Virus record (IMG/VR): IMGVR_UViG_3300027969_000073
Location: 1 to 64,000 of that record
Source: a virus
DNA length: 64,000 nt
Strand: one strand, 5' to 3'
Part shown: positions 1-8,390 of the stretch, piece after piece
How the letters are laid out: every line of letters begins with the position of its first letter
Position numbering within the stretch: the stretch's first letter is position 1
Translations under genes and position numbers: made by a program
The notes under the pieces: model-generated
The model's database searches: none
Seen by the model: the letters and a program-made list of their open reading frames with translations, nothing else
Told to the model about the DNA's origin: nothing

Positions 1-37
1 AACAATATGCTTACAACACAGAGGACTTCTCATCCTT

Positions 38-133
38 AAGACACATAAACTTCAGTTCCCGCACAGCAGTGAGATGGGCTAAGTTATATACAATTTCTCG
101 GAGCTGGAAGTAGAAAGCTGAAGAGTGTGTCTT
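38..133 (+). ncRNA. Putative structured RNA (long nested hairpin)
   Basis: Nested complementary segments: AAGACACA 38-45 / TGTGTCTT 126-133; CTTCAGTT 50-57 / AGCTGAAG 116-123; CAGC 64-67 / GCTG 103-106; GAGA 71-74 / TCTC 96-99. More GC-rich than its surroundings and no credible ORF. Confidence 0.5.
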
Positions 134-137
134 TTAT

Positions 138-235
138 AGTCAGGTGGTGAAAATATAAGAAACACAAGGACAGCGTAATAGCTTATAAAAAGGTTTCCGA
201 AAAAGTTGCAGGGGTAGTTCCTGCCCTGACTACCA
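138..235 (+). ncRNA. Degenerate tRNA-like element (no canonical anticodon arm)
   Basis: 7-bp acceptor stem AGTCAGG 138-144 / CCTGACT 225-231, discriminator A232, encoded CCA 233-235. 5-bp T stem GCAGG/CCTGC with a 7-nt loop (GGTAGTT, non-canonical). D-stem-like GTG 147-149 / CAC 163-165. Confidence 0.65.
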
Positions 236-301
236 TATTTATGTAAGCTTGGCCACAAGAATAAATATGACATAAATTCTTAAAGCAGAAAGGTAAGGCT
301 T

Positions 302-330
302 GCCACACAGCGATGAAAGTGTGGCTCTTT
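302..330 (+). terminator. Probable intrinsic terminator after the ncRNA block
   Basis: GCCACAC 302-308 / GTGTGGC 319-325 stem followed by TCTTT. Confidence 0.5.
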
Positions 331-342
331 AAATTCTTTAAA

Positions 343-585
343 ATGAAAAAACTAGGAACATTATTTTTAAACAAAGAAGATAGTCAATGGACTGTTAAAG
401 AAAAAATAGGAGAACATGAAATGCTCCATTCACTATATTTTGAAGCTGAATCAGACACTTTTTTATCCTTACTTAAAGATAATTCTAAAGTAATTTTTGT
501 TTTAGTCGATGAATTTTCTAATCCTGAACTATTTAAAAATATTCCCTTTATGGAAGGGAATTACAAAGCTAAATTAATTTTTTAA
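343..585 (+). CDS. Hypothetical protein
   Basis: ORF 313..585; start moved to ATG 343 because ATG 313 lies in the loop of the hairpin. Confidence 0.6.
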   Translation: MKKLGTLFLNKEDSQWTVKEKIGEHEMLHSLYFEAESDTFLSLLKDNSKVIFVLVDEFSNPELFKNIPFMEGNYKAKLIF

Positions 586-602
586 CCTTAAAAATTTACT
601 GT

Positions 603-821
603 ATGAAAGTAGAGATTATTATGAATGGAACTATTAAAATGGTTCACATTCCTGAAAATGAAATGGAAGAAATGGCACTATCAATGATGGCTAAAAACGA
701 AGTAGAAGTTACTTACGTAGATCGTGTTACTCAAATTCTTGATAAACAAGTAGAGAAACATTTAGTTCTTAAACCAAAAACAAGAATGACTGATGAAAAG
801 TATGAAAAGAAAATTAATTAG
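603..821 (+). CDS. Hypothetical protein
   Basis: 72-aa ORF in a co-directional array. Confidence 0.65.
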   Translation: MKVEIIMNGTIKMVHIPENEMEEMALSMMAKNEVEVTYVDRVTQILDKQVEKHLVLKPKTRMTDEKYEKKIN

Positions 822-954
822 TCATATTGGACATTGCCAATAGGGAATTAAAAATATTCTTCAACATAATCAAAAGTTTTACTACAAAAGAAAAACTTAT
901 TATTTCCGTAAACAGATTGAAATAGCTAACAGATTATTAAAAAAATTAAAATAG
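802..954 (+). pseudogene. Small basic ORF interrupted by one in-frame TAG
   Basis: MKRKLISHIGHCQ*GIKNILQHNQKFYYKRKTYYFRKQIEIANRLLKKLK*; spans the gap up to ATG 956; TAG at 841-843. Confidence 0.3.
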
Positions 955-955
955 T

Positions 956-1126
956 ATGACACCAAAAGAAAAAGCAAAAGAGCTTGTGTTTAAGAAATTT
1001 GGATGCTCTAAAAGGTATGCATTACTAGCAGTTCATGAGATAATAGATAATTATGAAGAAAGATATAAATATTGTAATAGTAAAATTTATTGGCAAGAAG
1101 TTAAACAAGAAATAGAAAAATTATGA
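956..1126 (+). CDS. Hypothetical phage protein (MTPKEKAKEL...YWQEVKQEIEKL type), not in the ORF track
   Basis: 56-aa ORF translated by hand; its stop overlaps the next start (ATGA at 1123-1126). Confidence 0.75.
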   Translation: MTPKEKAKELVFKKFGCSKRYALLAVHEIIDNYEERYKYCNSKIYWQEVKQEIEKL

Positions 1127-1596
1127 AAGCAAAACTGATTAAGAAAGGAAATGAATACATTCTCAATCCGTCAATAGTTGGTCATAAACTATCCAAACAA
1201 AACTGTGATGAGATATTCGGAGTATTTGATGTTGAGAAGTTGGCTGAGGAATATTGTATTCATGAACCTAAAAATGTAATAGAATTAAGAGATGTTAATC
1301 TTATTAAGCTAGGTTTTAGAGATGGCTTCAACAAAGCAATGGAGTTGAATAAAGACAAGGTGTTTACTTTGGAGGATATGAGAAAGGCTTATTTTCAAGG
1401 AGATTATGATGCTTTTTTAGAGGGGGGTTATACTAAAAAGGAAAATGATTTTATCCAATCCCTCCAACAACCAACAGAAATTGAAGTTAAGATTGAGATG
1501 GAAGAAGTACAAGAAATATACAGAGATGGAACAGTTAAATGGGAGAGATGCCCAAAACTTGACTCATCAGGGTGTTTAATACTTAAAAAGATTTGA
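1123..1596 (+). CDS. Hypothetical modular phage protein
   Basis: 157-aa ORF, translationally coupled to the upstream ORF. Confidence 0.75.
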   Translation: MKAKLIKKGNEYILNPSIVGHKLSKQNCDEIFGVFDVEKLAEEYCIHEPKNVIELRDVNLIKLGFRDGFNKAMELNKDKVFTLEDMRKAYFQGDYDAFLEGGYTKKENDFIQSLQQPTEIEVKIEMEEVQEIYRDGTVKWERCPKLDSSGCLILKKI

Positions 1597-1597
1597 T

Positions 1598-2371
1598 ATG
1601 AAAAACATACATTTAATACCAACAGAGAAAGCAAGTAGGTTAGGGTATCTAACTAAAAAAGGAAAAGAAGTCTTTAAAGATTTAAGGTTATTTGACAGAT
1701 TTATGCCTAATATATTGGATAGTGAAAATCAAAACATCTACATCACTTCTGATGAAGAAATTAAAGTGGGAGATTGGTATTATTTACCAAGAACAAATTC
1801 AGTTCATGAATGTGTTGAAGACCCAACAGAATTAAATTTAGAAAGAAGATTGGGTATTGCTAAAATTGTTCTAACAACAGACCAAGACTTAATAAAAGAT
1901 GGTGTACAAGCTATTGATGATGAGTTTTTAACATGGTTTGTTAAGAATAGTGAGTGTGAAGAAGTTGAAACATATTCTTTAGGTATTCAAAATGTTGAAA
2001 CAGGAGAAAGTGGTCATTATAAATATGAAATCATCATTCCACAAGAAGAACCTAAACAAGAAACACTTGAAGAAGCAGCTGAAAATAATTATCCATTAGA
2101 AATTTGGTCAGAAGAGCAATCTTTAATAAGAAAGTTAGCTTTTATAAAAGGTGCTAAATGGATGCAGGAACAAATGTATAGTGAGGAAGAGCCTGATTAT
2201 GAAAAAATTAAACAAGCCTTGATTGAATTTAAAAAAACGCCAATGACATTTGTTCCTGATGAAAGAATGTATAGTGAGGAAGAAGTTTGGAATATGTGTA
2301 ATGAATTAGCATCTTATTTTATTGATGGAGATACTTTTGATTTACAAGAATGGTTTAACCAATTTAAATAA
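1598..2371 (+). CDS. Hypothetical modular phage protein
   Basis: 257-aa ORF with short modules (KQETLEEAAE; MYSEEE twice). Confidence 0.8.
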   Translation: MKNIHLIPTEKASRLGYLTKKGKEVFKDLRLFDRFMPNILDSENQNIYITSDEEIKVGDWYYLPRTNSVHECVEDPTELNLERRLGIAKIVLTTDQDLIKDGVQAIDDEFLTWFVKNSECEEVETYSLGIQNVETGESGHYKYEIIIPQEEPKQETLEEAAENNYPLEIWSEEQSLIRKLAFIKGAKWMQEQMYSEEEPDYEKIKQALIEFKKTPMTFVPDERMYSEEEVWNMCNELASYFIDGDTFDLQEWFNQFK

Positions 2372-2378
2372 GAATAAT

Positions 2379-2591
2379 ATGAAAACAGCAGTAGAATGGT
2401 TAGAAAATGAGTTGTCAAGAATTGGTTTAACTCATTCGGTAATTGGTGATAAAATAAGCCAAGCCAAAGAAATGGAGAAGCAACAAATGAATTGTACATG
2501 GGATGATAGTAGAATCAATAAATGGGGTGATGATGATTTAGGTAAAAAAACATCATTCAATGATTACTACAACGAAACCTTTAAATCATAA
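2379..2591 (+). CDS. Hypothetical protein (MKTAVEWL...QAKEMEK...YYNETFKS type)
   Basis: Start set to ATG 2379 in an AATAATATG context; paralogous to 2804..3055. Confidence 0.75.
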   Translation: MKTAVEWLENELSRIGLTHSVIGDKISQAKEMEKQQMNCTWDDSRINKWGDDDLGKKTSFNDYYNETFKS

Positions 2592-2595
2592 TAAT

Positions 2596-2778
2596 ATGAG
2601 CAAAATATTAGAATTATCAACACCAAAAGGTAGATTAAAAGAAGGTCAATTTGTCACTTACAAAGGTGATGAAAATGTAAATGTTTATACTATTGTAGAT
2701 ACTGAAACAATACAAGCATTTTACCCTTCTGAAGATGGGAGTCTAATTGAAATTAAGATTGAAGACTTATCTTATTAA
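2596..2778 (+). CDS. Hypothetical protein
   Basis: Start set to ATG 2596 (AATAATATG context). Confidence 0.6.
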   Translation: MSKILELSTPKGRLKEGQFVTYKGDENVNVYTIVDTETIQAFYPSEDGSLIEIKIEDLSY

Positions 2779-2803
2779 TAATTAAAATTTAAAATAGAAT
2801 AAT

Positions 2804-3055
2804 ATGAAAAAACAAACACCTGTAGAGTTTTTAATAAAAGAATTTAGTGATCTTCTTGGCCCATTAGACACTAAACCAATGCAAGATTTATTAATGATGG
2901 ATTCAATAAAAAGAGCCAAAGAAATGGAGAAAATACAGATAATTGATGCTTATAATGAAGGTGATAATAATGGAGCTGATAGAATTTATTATCATAGTAA
3001 TAGAGATGATAAATCAGCAGAACAATACTACAACGAAACATTTAAATCAGAATAA
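2804..3055 (+). CDS. Hypothetical protein (paralog of 2379..2591)
   Basis: Shares VE(W/F)L, AKEMEK and YYNETFKS with 2379..2591. Confidence 0.75.
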   Translation: MKKQTPVEFLIKEFSDLLGPLDTKPMQDLLMMDSIKRAKEMEKIQIIDAYNEGDNNGADRIYYHSNRDDKSAEQYYNETFKSE

Positions 3056-3146
3056 TATGAAAGAATACAGAAAAAATGTATAAAATAATATGCAAAAGCA
3101 TATAAAACAGCCAAAAAGTACAATATAATATGCAAAAACGTATAAT

Positions 3147-3368
3147 ATGGGAAAGATAATATTAGAGTTTGACTCTGTAGAAGAAGCAGATGAAGCTAAA
3201 ACAGCAGTACAAGCTGGAGATTGGAAACAAGCTATGTGGACTCTTGATCAAAAACTTAGAAGCATAGTAAAATATGGTGGATACAGTGATGAAGAAAGAG
3301 AATTTGCTGAAAAGTTAAGAGAAGAAATAAGAGAAATATTGAATGATGATGGTTTAAAACTAGATTAA
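3147..3368 (+). CDS. Hypothetical phage protein
   Basis: 73-aa ORF in the array. Confidence 0.75.
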   Translation: MGKIILEFDSVEEADEAKTAVQAGDWKQAMWTLDQKLRSIVKYGGYSDEEREFAEKLREEIREILNDDGLKLD

Positions 3369-3369
3369 T

Positions 3370-3573
3370 ATGGCAGAAAAGAAAAAGAATTATCCAAAAT
3401 TTAAGATTGTAGAAGATATAATGACAGGTTTTCATGTGATGAAGAAAACATCATGGTGGACACGTTGGAAATACGTTAGACGTAAGACTGCGCCTTTTTT
3501 AATTTGGAGATGGGATACTCGTAAAGGAGCTCAAGCTTACATTAATTTAAAAGGTCATGGCAAAAATAAATAA
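3370..3573 (+). CDS. Hypothetical basic protein
   Basis: 67-aa ORF, tightly packed. Confidence 0.65.
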   Translation: MAEKKKNYPKFKIVEDIMTGFHVMKKTSWWTRWKYVRRKTAPFLIWRWDTRKGAQAYINLKGHGKNK

Positions 3574-3721
3574 ATTATCTGAAAAGCTTGAAAAGCGTGG
3601 AAGAAAAGAAATAATCTACATGAAAAATATGTGGAAAATAATGACTAGCAGCAGAATAATTCCTCGATATGTAGGAAAAAGAGTTAATAACGAATTTTTA
3701 GAAGATAAATGGGATCAATAA
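3557..3721 (+). CDS. Hypothetical protein, not in the ORF track
   Basis: 54-aa ORF MAKINKLSEK...EDKWDQ bridging the gap and overlapping both neighbours. Confidence 0.55.
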   Translation: MAKINKLSEKLEKRGRKEIIYMKNMWKIMTSSRIIPRYVGKRVNNEFLEDKWDQ

Positions 3722-4266
3722 ATTTTATAAAAGATGGCCGTGGATGGTCAATGAGAGAAGTTTTTAAAGACTTACAAGAAGAAGCTAGAATAGAATATGG
3801 AGATGATTCTTATAATGGCAAAATTAATAATTGCCCAGGAGTTCATGATTGTACTAGAGAGTTTTTAGAATCTAAGTTAGACCTTGATGAATTTATAGAA
3901 AAGAAACTGGAAAATATGACCAAGTTTGAACCAGGTTTAAGCGTATGTGTTAGAAAGCCTGTACTAAATTCTAATAAAGTAAAGTCAAAGGTTGACCATA
4001 TTGTAACTCCTGGCACTAAGAAATGGATTCTTAAGTATCAAGTAGAGTCTCTTTCAAGTGATGATTATAGAACTCCTAGTTTTTTAACAAAAGGAGAAGC
4101 TGTTAATTATGCTAGAGAAATGTCCGAATTACATCGAGCTACTTACAAAGTTTCTATGATAAAAGAACTTGAAAAAGGAGTCAATAAGGTAGCAGAAATA
4201 TCGTATAAACCGTCTAAAACCGAAAAAGAGGGCCAATTTGTTTTCTTTGGAGTTGTTCCTGATTAA
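3709..4266 (+). CDS. Hypothetical protein
   Basis: 185-aa ORF directly upstream of polA. Confidence 0.75.
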   Translation: MGSINFIKDGRGWSMREVFKDLQEEARIEYGDDSYNGKINNCPGVHDCTREFLESKLDLDEFIEKKLENMTKFEPGLSVCVRKPVLNSNKVKSKVDHIVTPGTKKWILKYQVESLSSDDYRTPSFLTKGEAVNYAREMSELHRATYKVSMIKELEKGVNKVAEISYKPSKTEKEGQFVFFGVVPD

Positions 4267-4268
4267 TT

Positions 4269-6278
4269 ATGATTTATTTGGTAACTAACCAACAGGAAAT
4301 GTTTACTCCTGTTGGTTATTCTATGGCAACTGTAGAAGATTCTATTAATTATCTAAAAAATTTAGATGTTTTAGGCTTTGATACAGAAACTATGGGATTC
4401 GACCCTTATACTAAACAATTGTTGTCTATGCAGATAGGTGATGCTGAGCGTCAATATGTAATTGATTGTATAACTGTAGACCCAAAACGTTATAAAAAGC
4501 TGTTAGAGAAGAAAGAATTGATAATGCATAATGCAAAGTTCGATTTAAGATTTCTCTATTATCAAGGAATTGTTCCTACTAAAGTCTTTGATACTTTCCT
4601 TGCAGAAAGAATCTTAACTACAGGTATTGATACAGCTAGAAGAAGTTTGGATGCAGTAGTATATAAATATTGCAAAATTGAGCTAGATAAAACTGTTCGT
4701 GGAAGTATTCATAGAGAAGGCCTAAGCACTAGAGTAATTAAATATGCTGCGGATGATGTAAGATATTTACATCAAGTAAAACGTAAACAAGAAGTTGCTC
4801 TAGAAGAAAAGCAATTGCAAAGAACTATGTCTTTGGATAATAAGTTTGTGCGTGTATTGGCTTATATCGAGCATTGTGGTATGTATATGAATCCTACAGA
4901 TTGGAGAAATAAATGCAATGATGATTTATTAAATCTAAATGCTGTTACAGAGAAACTTGATGAATTTATTCTTGATAACAGTGATGTGTATTCTAAGTAT
5001 ATTGATAATCAATTATCTCTGTTTTCTGAAGGAATCAAATGTAAACTTAATTGGGCTTCTTCTAAGCAAGTTATTCCTTTTATGCAATCTTTAGGAGTAG
5101 ATACTTTAGTGAAAGACAAAGAAACTGGCTTAATGAAACATTCTGTTGATAAGAAAGTTTTGGGACCACAAAAGAAAAAGCATCCTATTATTAGCACTTA
5201 CATTGAGTATACTGAATGTCAAAAAGTTGTGAGTACTTATGGTGAAAATTGGTTTGATTATATTAATTCTGCAACAGGAAGAATACATACCAATTACACT
5301 CAAATTATGAACACTGGTAGATTATCTAGTGGCCAAAAAGGTAGACCTAAACAAGGAATAGCTCAATTGCCTAATATGCAAAATGTTCCGTCTGATTCTA
5401 CAACTCGTTCTTGTTTTCAAGCTGAAAAAGGTAATATGCTAATTGTTAGTGATTACAGTGGTCAAGAGCAAATTGTCTTAGCCAATAAATCTTTAGATTC
5501 TGACCTATTGGAATTCTATTCTAAAGGGTTGGGAGATATGCACTCATTTATTGCATCTAAGATATTTCCTGATTTAAGCAATCTTTCATTAGATGAAATT
5601 AAAGATAATCATAAAGGAAAAAGACAGATTGCAAAAAGTGCTGGTTTTGCCATAAATTATGGCGGTACAGGCATTACTATTGCTCAAAACCTATCTATCT
5701 CTATTGAAGAGGGCGATGAAGTCTACAAGGCTTATTTTAAGGCATTTCCTGGATTAGCTAATTACTTTAAACAAGAAAAAGCCCGCGCATTAAAGTTGGG
5801 GTATATTCAGTTTAATAATGTAAGTGGTAGAAAATGCTTTATTCCATTCTTTGAAGATTATGAAAATTTGCATAAAGAAATTTACGAAACTGAAGGATTT
5901 TGGGATGAATATAAGTTGGAAAAGTCAGAAAATTCTCCTACTTTTATAAGCTATTACAAGCCCAAAGTTCGTGAGTATTTTATGAAGCGTGGAGATATTG
6001 AAAGAATGTCTTTGAACTATCCTATTCAGGGCACTAGTGCTGACATTACTAAATTAGCAGGTGTTTATTTCTTTGAATATTTAGAGCAAAATGATTTAAT
6101 TTTTAAAATCTTAATGCCTAATGTAGTTCATGATGAGTGGTTAGTAGAAGCACCTGAAGATATGGCTTCAGATATTAGTAAAATCTTGCAAGACTGTATG
6201 GAGAAAGCAGGTTTAGTATTTTGTAAAACTGTTAAATTAAAAGCAGAACCTCTTATCACTCGTATTTGGACACATTGA
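4269..6278 (+). CDS. polA: Family A DNA polymerase with 3'-5' exonuclease
   Basis: ExoI GFDTET, ExoII HNAKFD, ExoIII YAADD; TGRLSS; motif A DYSGQE; motif B KSAGFAINYG; NYPIQGTSAD; motif C VHDE. Confidence 0.97.
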   Translation: MIYLVTNQQEMFTPVGYSMATVEDSINYLKNLDVLGFDTETMGFDPYTKQLLSMQIGDAERQYVIDCITVDPKRYKKLLEKKELIMHNAKFDLRFLYYQGIVPTKVFDTFLAERILTTGIDTARRSLDAVVYKYCKIELDKTVRGSIHREGLSTRVIKYAADDVRYLHQVKRKQEVALEEKQLQRTMSLDNKFVRVLAYIEHCGMYMNPTDWRNKCNDDLLNLNAVTEKLDEFILDNSDVYSKYIDNQLSLFSEGIKCKLNWASSKQVIPFMQSLGVDTLVKDKETGLMKHSVDKKVLGPQKKKHPIISTYIEYTECQKVVSTYGENWFDYINSATGRIHTNYTQIMNTGRLSSGQKGRPKQGIAQLPNMQNVPSDSTTRSCFQAEKGNMLIVSDYSGQEQIVLANKSLDSDLLEFYSKGLGDMHSFIASKIFPDLSNLSLDEIKDNHKGKRQIAKSAGFAINYGGTGITIAQNLSISIEEGDEVYKAYFKAFPGLANYFKQEKARALKLGYIQFNNVSGRKCFIPFFEDYENLHKEIYETEGFWDEYKLEKSENSPTFISYYKPKVREYFMKRGDIERMSLNYPIQGTSADITKLAGVYFFEYLEQNDLIFKILMPNVVHDEWLVEAPEDMASDISKILQDCMEKAGLVFCKTVKLKAEPLITRIWTH

Positions 6279-6310
6279 GGACAGTATATTTTAATACTGT
6301 CCTTATTAAT
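6278..6310 (+). terminator. Hairpin/terminator after polA
   Basis: 10-bp stem AGGACAGTAT 6278-6287 / ATACTGTCCT 6294-6303, then a T-rich tract. Confidence 0.6.
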
Positions 6311-6343
6311 TTTATTTATACATTTACAAGAAAATATGAAAAA

Positions 6344-6874
6344 ATGAATAATAAAATTTGTAGTCAATGTAAAAAAGAAAAATCTTTAGAGGAATTTCAT
6401 TCTGGTACAGGTAAAATGAGAAAACGTTCTCAATGTAAAACTTGTTGTAAGCTTTTATATGATACTCCAGAAAGATTAGAAAAAAATACTAAAAAACGAG
6501 CTGAAAAAAGAAAAAATGACCCTACTTATAGAAAAAGAGAACAAGAATTAATGAAAATTAATAATAGAAAAAATCCACTAAAATATTTAATTAAAATTGC
6601 TAAAATTAGAGCAAGAAATAAAAATTTAGAATTTTCTATTACAGAAGAAGACTTAATACTTCCCACAATATGTCCTTTACTAAAAATACCTTTACAGATA
6701 AATGAAGGTAAAAAAGAATATAATTCTTTTTCTATAGATAGAATTAATAACAATAAAGGATACATTCGAGGAAATGTTTGGATTATTTCTGTTAGAGCTA
6801 ATTGGCTTAAAAATAATGCCAGCATAGAAGAATTAGAATTACTAGTAAACAACTTAAAAAAATGGCAGCATTAG
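6344..6874 (+). mobile_element. Free-standing His-Me finger (HNH-like) homing endonuclease with N-terminal Zn ribbon
   Basis: CSQC...CKTC ribbon; CPLL...SIDRINNNKGYIRGNVWIISVRANWLK nuclease signature; markedly AT-rich. Start set to ATG 6344. Confidence 0.85.
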
Positions 6875-7320
6875 AAAAAAAAGAAAGACGTAGAAAAGTA
6901 ATTGGAGCTAAATATTTAAGCCTAGAATTTGATGCTAGAATACAAGAGCTTAAAGATGAAATTGAGCTTTTAGAATCAGTTCGTCCTTTATATGAATACT
7001 TTTTAGCAATTAGAAGACAGCAAAATAGTTACATAGTTCAAATGAGAAAAATAGTTGCAAAGCAATTAATTAGTGAAGGATTTTCTAATTCTGAAGTATC
7101 TAGAATTGTTTGTCGAGATCATGCAACGGTAATTCATTTAAGACGAAAGCAAAAAAGTGCTGACCTTGTTGTAGAAGAAGTAGCTAATAATTACAAAAAT
7201 TGGATAGAAAACAGAGAATATCCTGTAACTTATACAAAAGTTGTTCCAAATTATTTAGCATCTACTGGATTTACTACAGTAACTAAGTATAAACTAAAAA
7301 AAATTGAGGAATGTCCTTAG
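6862..7320 (+). CDS. Protein with DnaA domain IV-like helix-turn-helix
   Basis: SEVSRIVCRDHATVIH matches the RDH(S/T)TV signature of the DnaA C-terminal HTH. Confidence 0.65.
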   Translation: MAALEKKERRRKVIGAKYLSLEFDARIQELKDEIELLESVRPLYEYFLAIRRQQNSYIVQMRKIVAKQLISEGFSNSEVSRIVCRDHATVIHLRRKQKSADLVVEEVANNYKNWIENREYPVTYTKVVPNYLASTGFTTVTKYKLKKIEECP

Positions 7321-8390
7321 AGAAAAGAATAAGTATTCAAACAGAAGCTACTCAAAAGATTATTGAAAATAAGTTTAAAGGTATTGTAGACGTATCATTT
7401 CGTGTTGGTAAAACCAAACTAACTATTGATGCATTAAATACCGTTACTAAGGATATAAATGTGTTGATATTAGCTCCAGGAATACCTATCCTTTCTTCTT
7501 GGAAAGAGGAGATTATAAAGTGGAAGCTTAATGCAAATGTTAATGTAACTTATCTTTGGAGTAATAGCATTAAAAAAGACAACAATCTGTATCATTTAAT
7601 TATTGCTGACGAATGTCATGCATATAATAAAATGGTATTACTGCACTTAAGAAAACATCAATTAAGAGGTACTAGAATTTTAGGATTAACTGGTACTTTA
7701 GACCAAGCAGCTGAGTTTAATTTGCATAACATTTTATCTATTAAACCAATTTATCAATATACTTTTGAAGAAGCAGTTGAAGATAAAATTATTGCTGATT
7801 ATTCAGTTACTTGTATTGGTGTAGACTTAGATGATGAATTAGAAGTTCATGTAATTGACTCTACAAGACCTGCTGTAAGCGAGAAAAAAGCCTATGAACA
7901 TTGGGATAGACTTTACAATGATGCTGTAAAGAAAGGAAAATATAAAAACCTTCGTTTCTATATGTCTAAACGTAAAGACATTATCTATACTTCACAGACT
8001 AAACTCTTGACTACTTTAGATGTTGTAGATAAGCATAATAGATGCTTGATTTTTTCAGCAAGACAAGAAATTGCAGACAAAATAGGAGATGGACAATTCC
8101 ATAGTAAATCCAAAAAAACGCTAGAGAAATTTACGAAAGAAAAGTTAAATAAACTTTCCGTAATTAGTATGATTTCTATGGGAATTACTCTACCTAAATT
8201 AAAAGTAGCAATTTTTAATCAAATGAAAAGTGTGGAAGCTCTAGCTCTTCAACAAGCTGCTCGTATTCTAAATTTAGAGGATGGAACAAATGCACAAATC
8301 TTTATAGTGTATTTGAAAAATACTCAGGACGAAGTGTGGATGAGAGATGCTATTAAAGGCTTTCAAAAAACTAAAATTAATTGGGTATGA
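7311..8390 (+). CDS. Superfamily 2 (DExH) helicase
   Basis: Walker A-like RVGKT, DECH, LTGT, motif VI-like QQAARIL. Confidence 0.85.
   Translation: MSLEKRISIQTEATQKIIENKFKGIVDVSFRVGKTKLTIDALNTVTKDINVLILAPGIPILSSWKEEIIKWKLNANVNVTYLWSNSIKKDNNLYHLIIADECHAYNKMVLLHLRKHQLRGTRILGLTGTLDQAAEFNLHNILSIKPIYQYTFEEAVEDKIIADYSVTCIGVDLDDELEVHVIDSTRPAVSEKKAYEHWDRLYNDAVKKGKYKNLRFYMSKRKDIIYTSQTKLLTTLDVVDKHNRCLIFSARQEIADKIGDGQFHSKSKKTLEKFTKEKLNKLSVISMISMGITLPKLKVAIFNQMKSVEALALQQAARILNLEDGTNAQIFIVYLKNTQDEVWMRDAIKGFQKTKINWV

Noticed and set aside
138-235. Functional decoding tRNA
   Set aside because: No 5-bp stem/7-nt loop anticodon arm and no TTC in the T loop; kept only as tRNA-like.
79-374. Minus-strand ORFs 79..273 and 183..374
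   Set aside because: They overlap the structured RNA block, oppose the local gene direction and show no protein features.
6266-6874. Group I intron splitting polA
   Set aside because: PolA already has motif C and a normal C-terminus (ITRIWTH) before the nuclease, and no downstream exon is evident.
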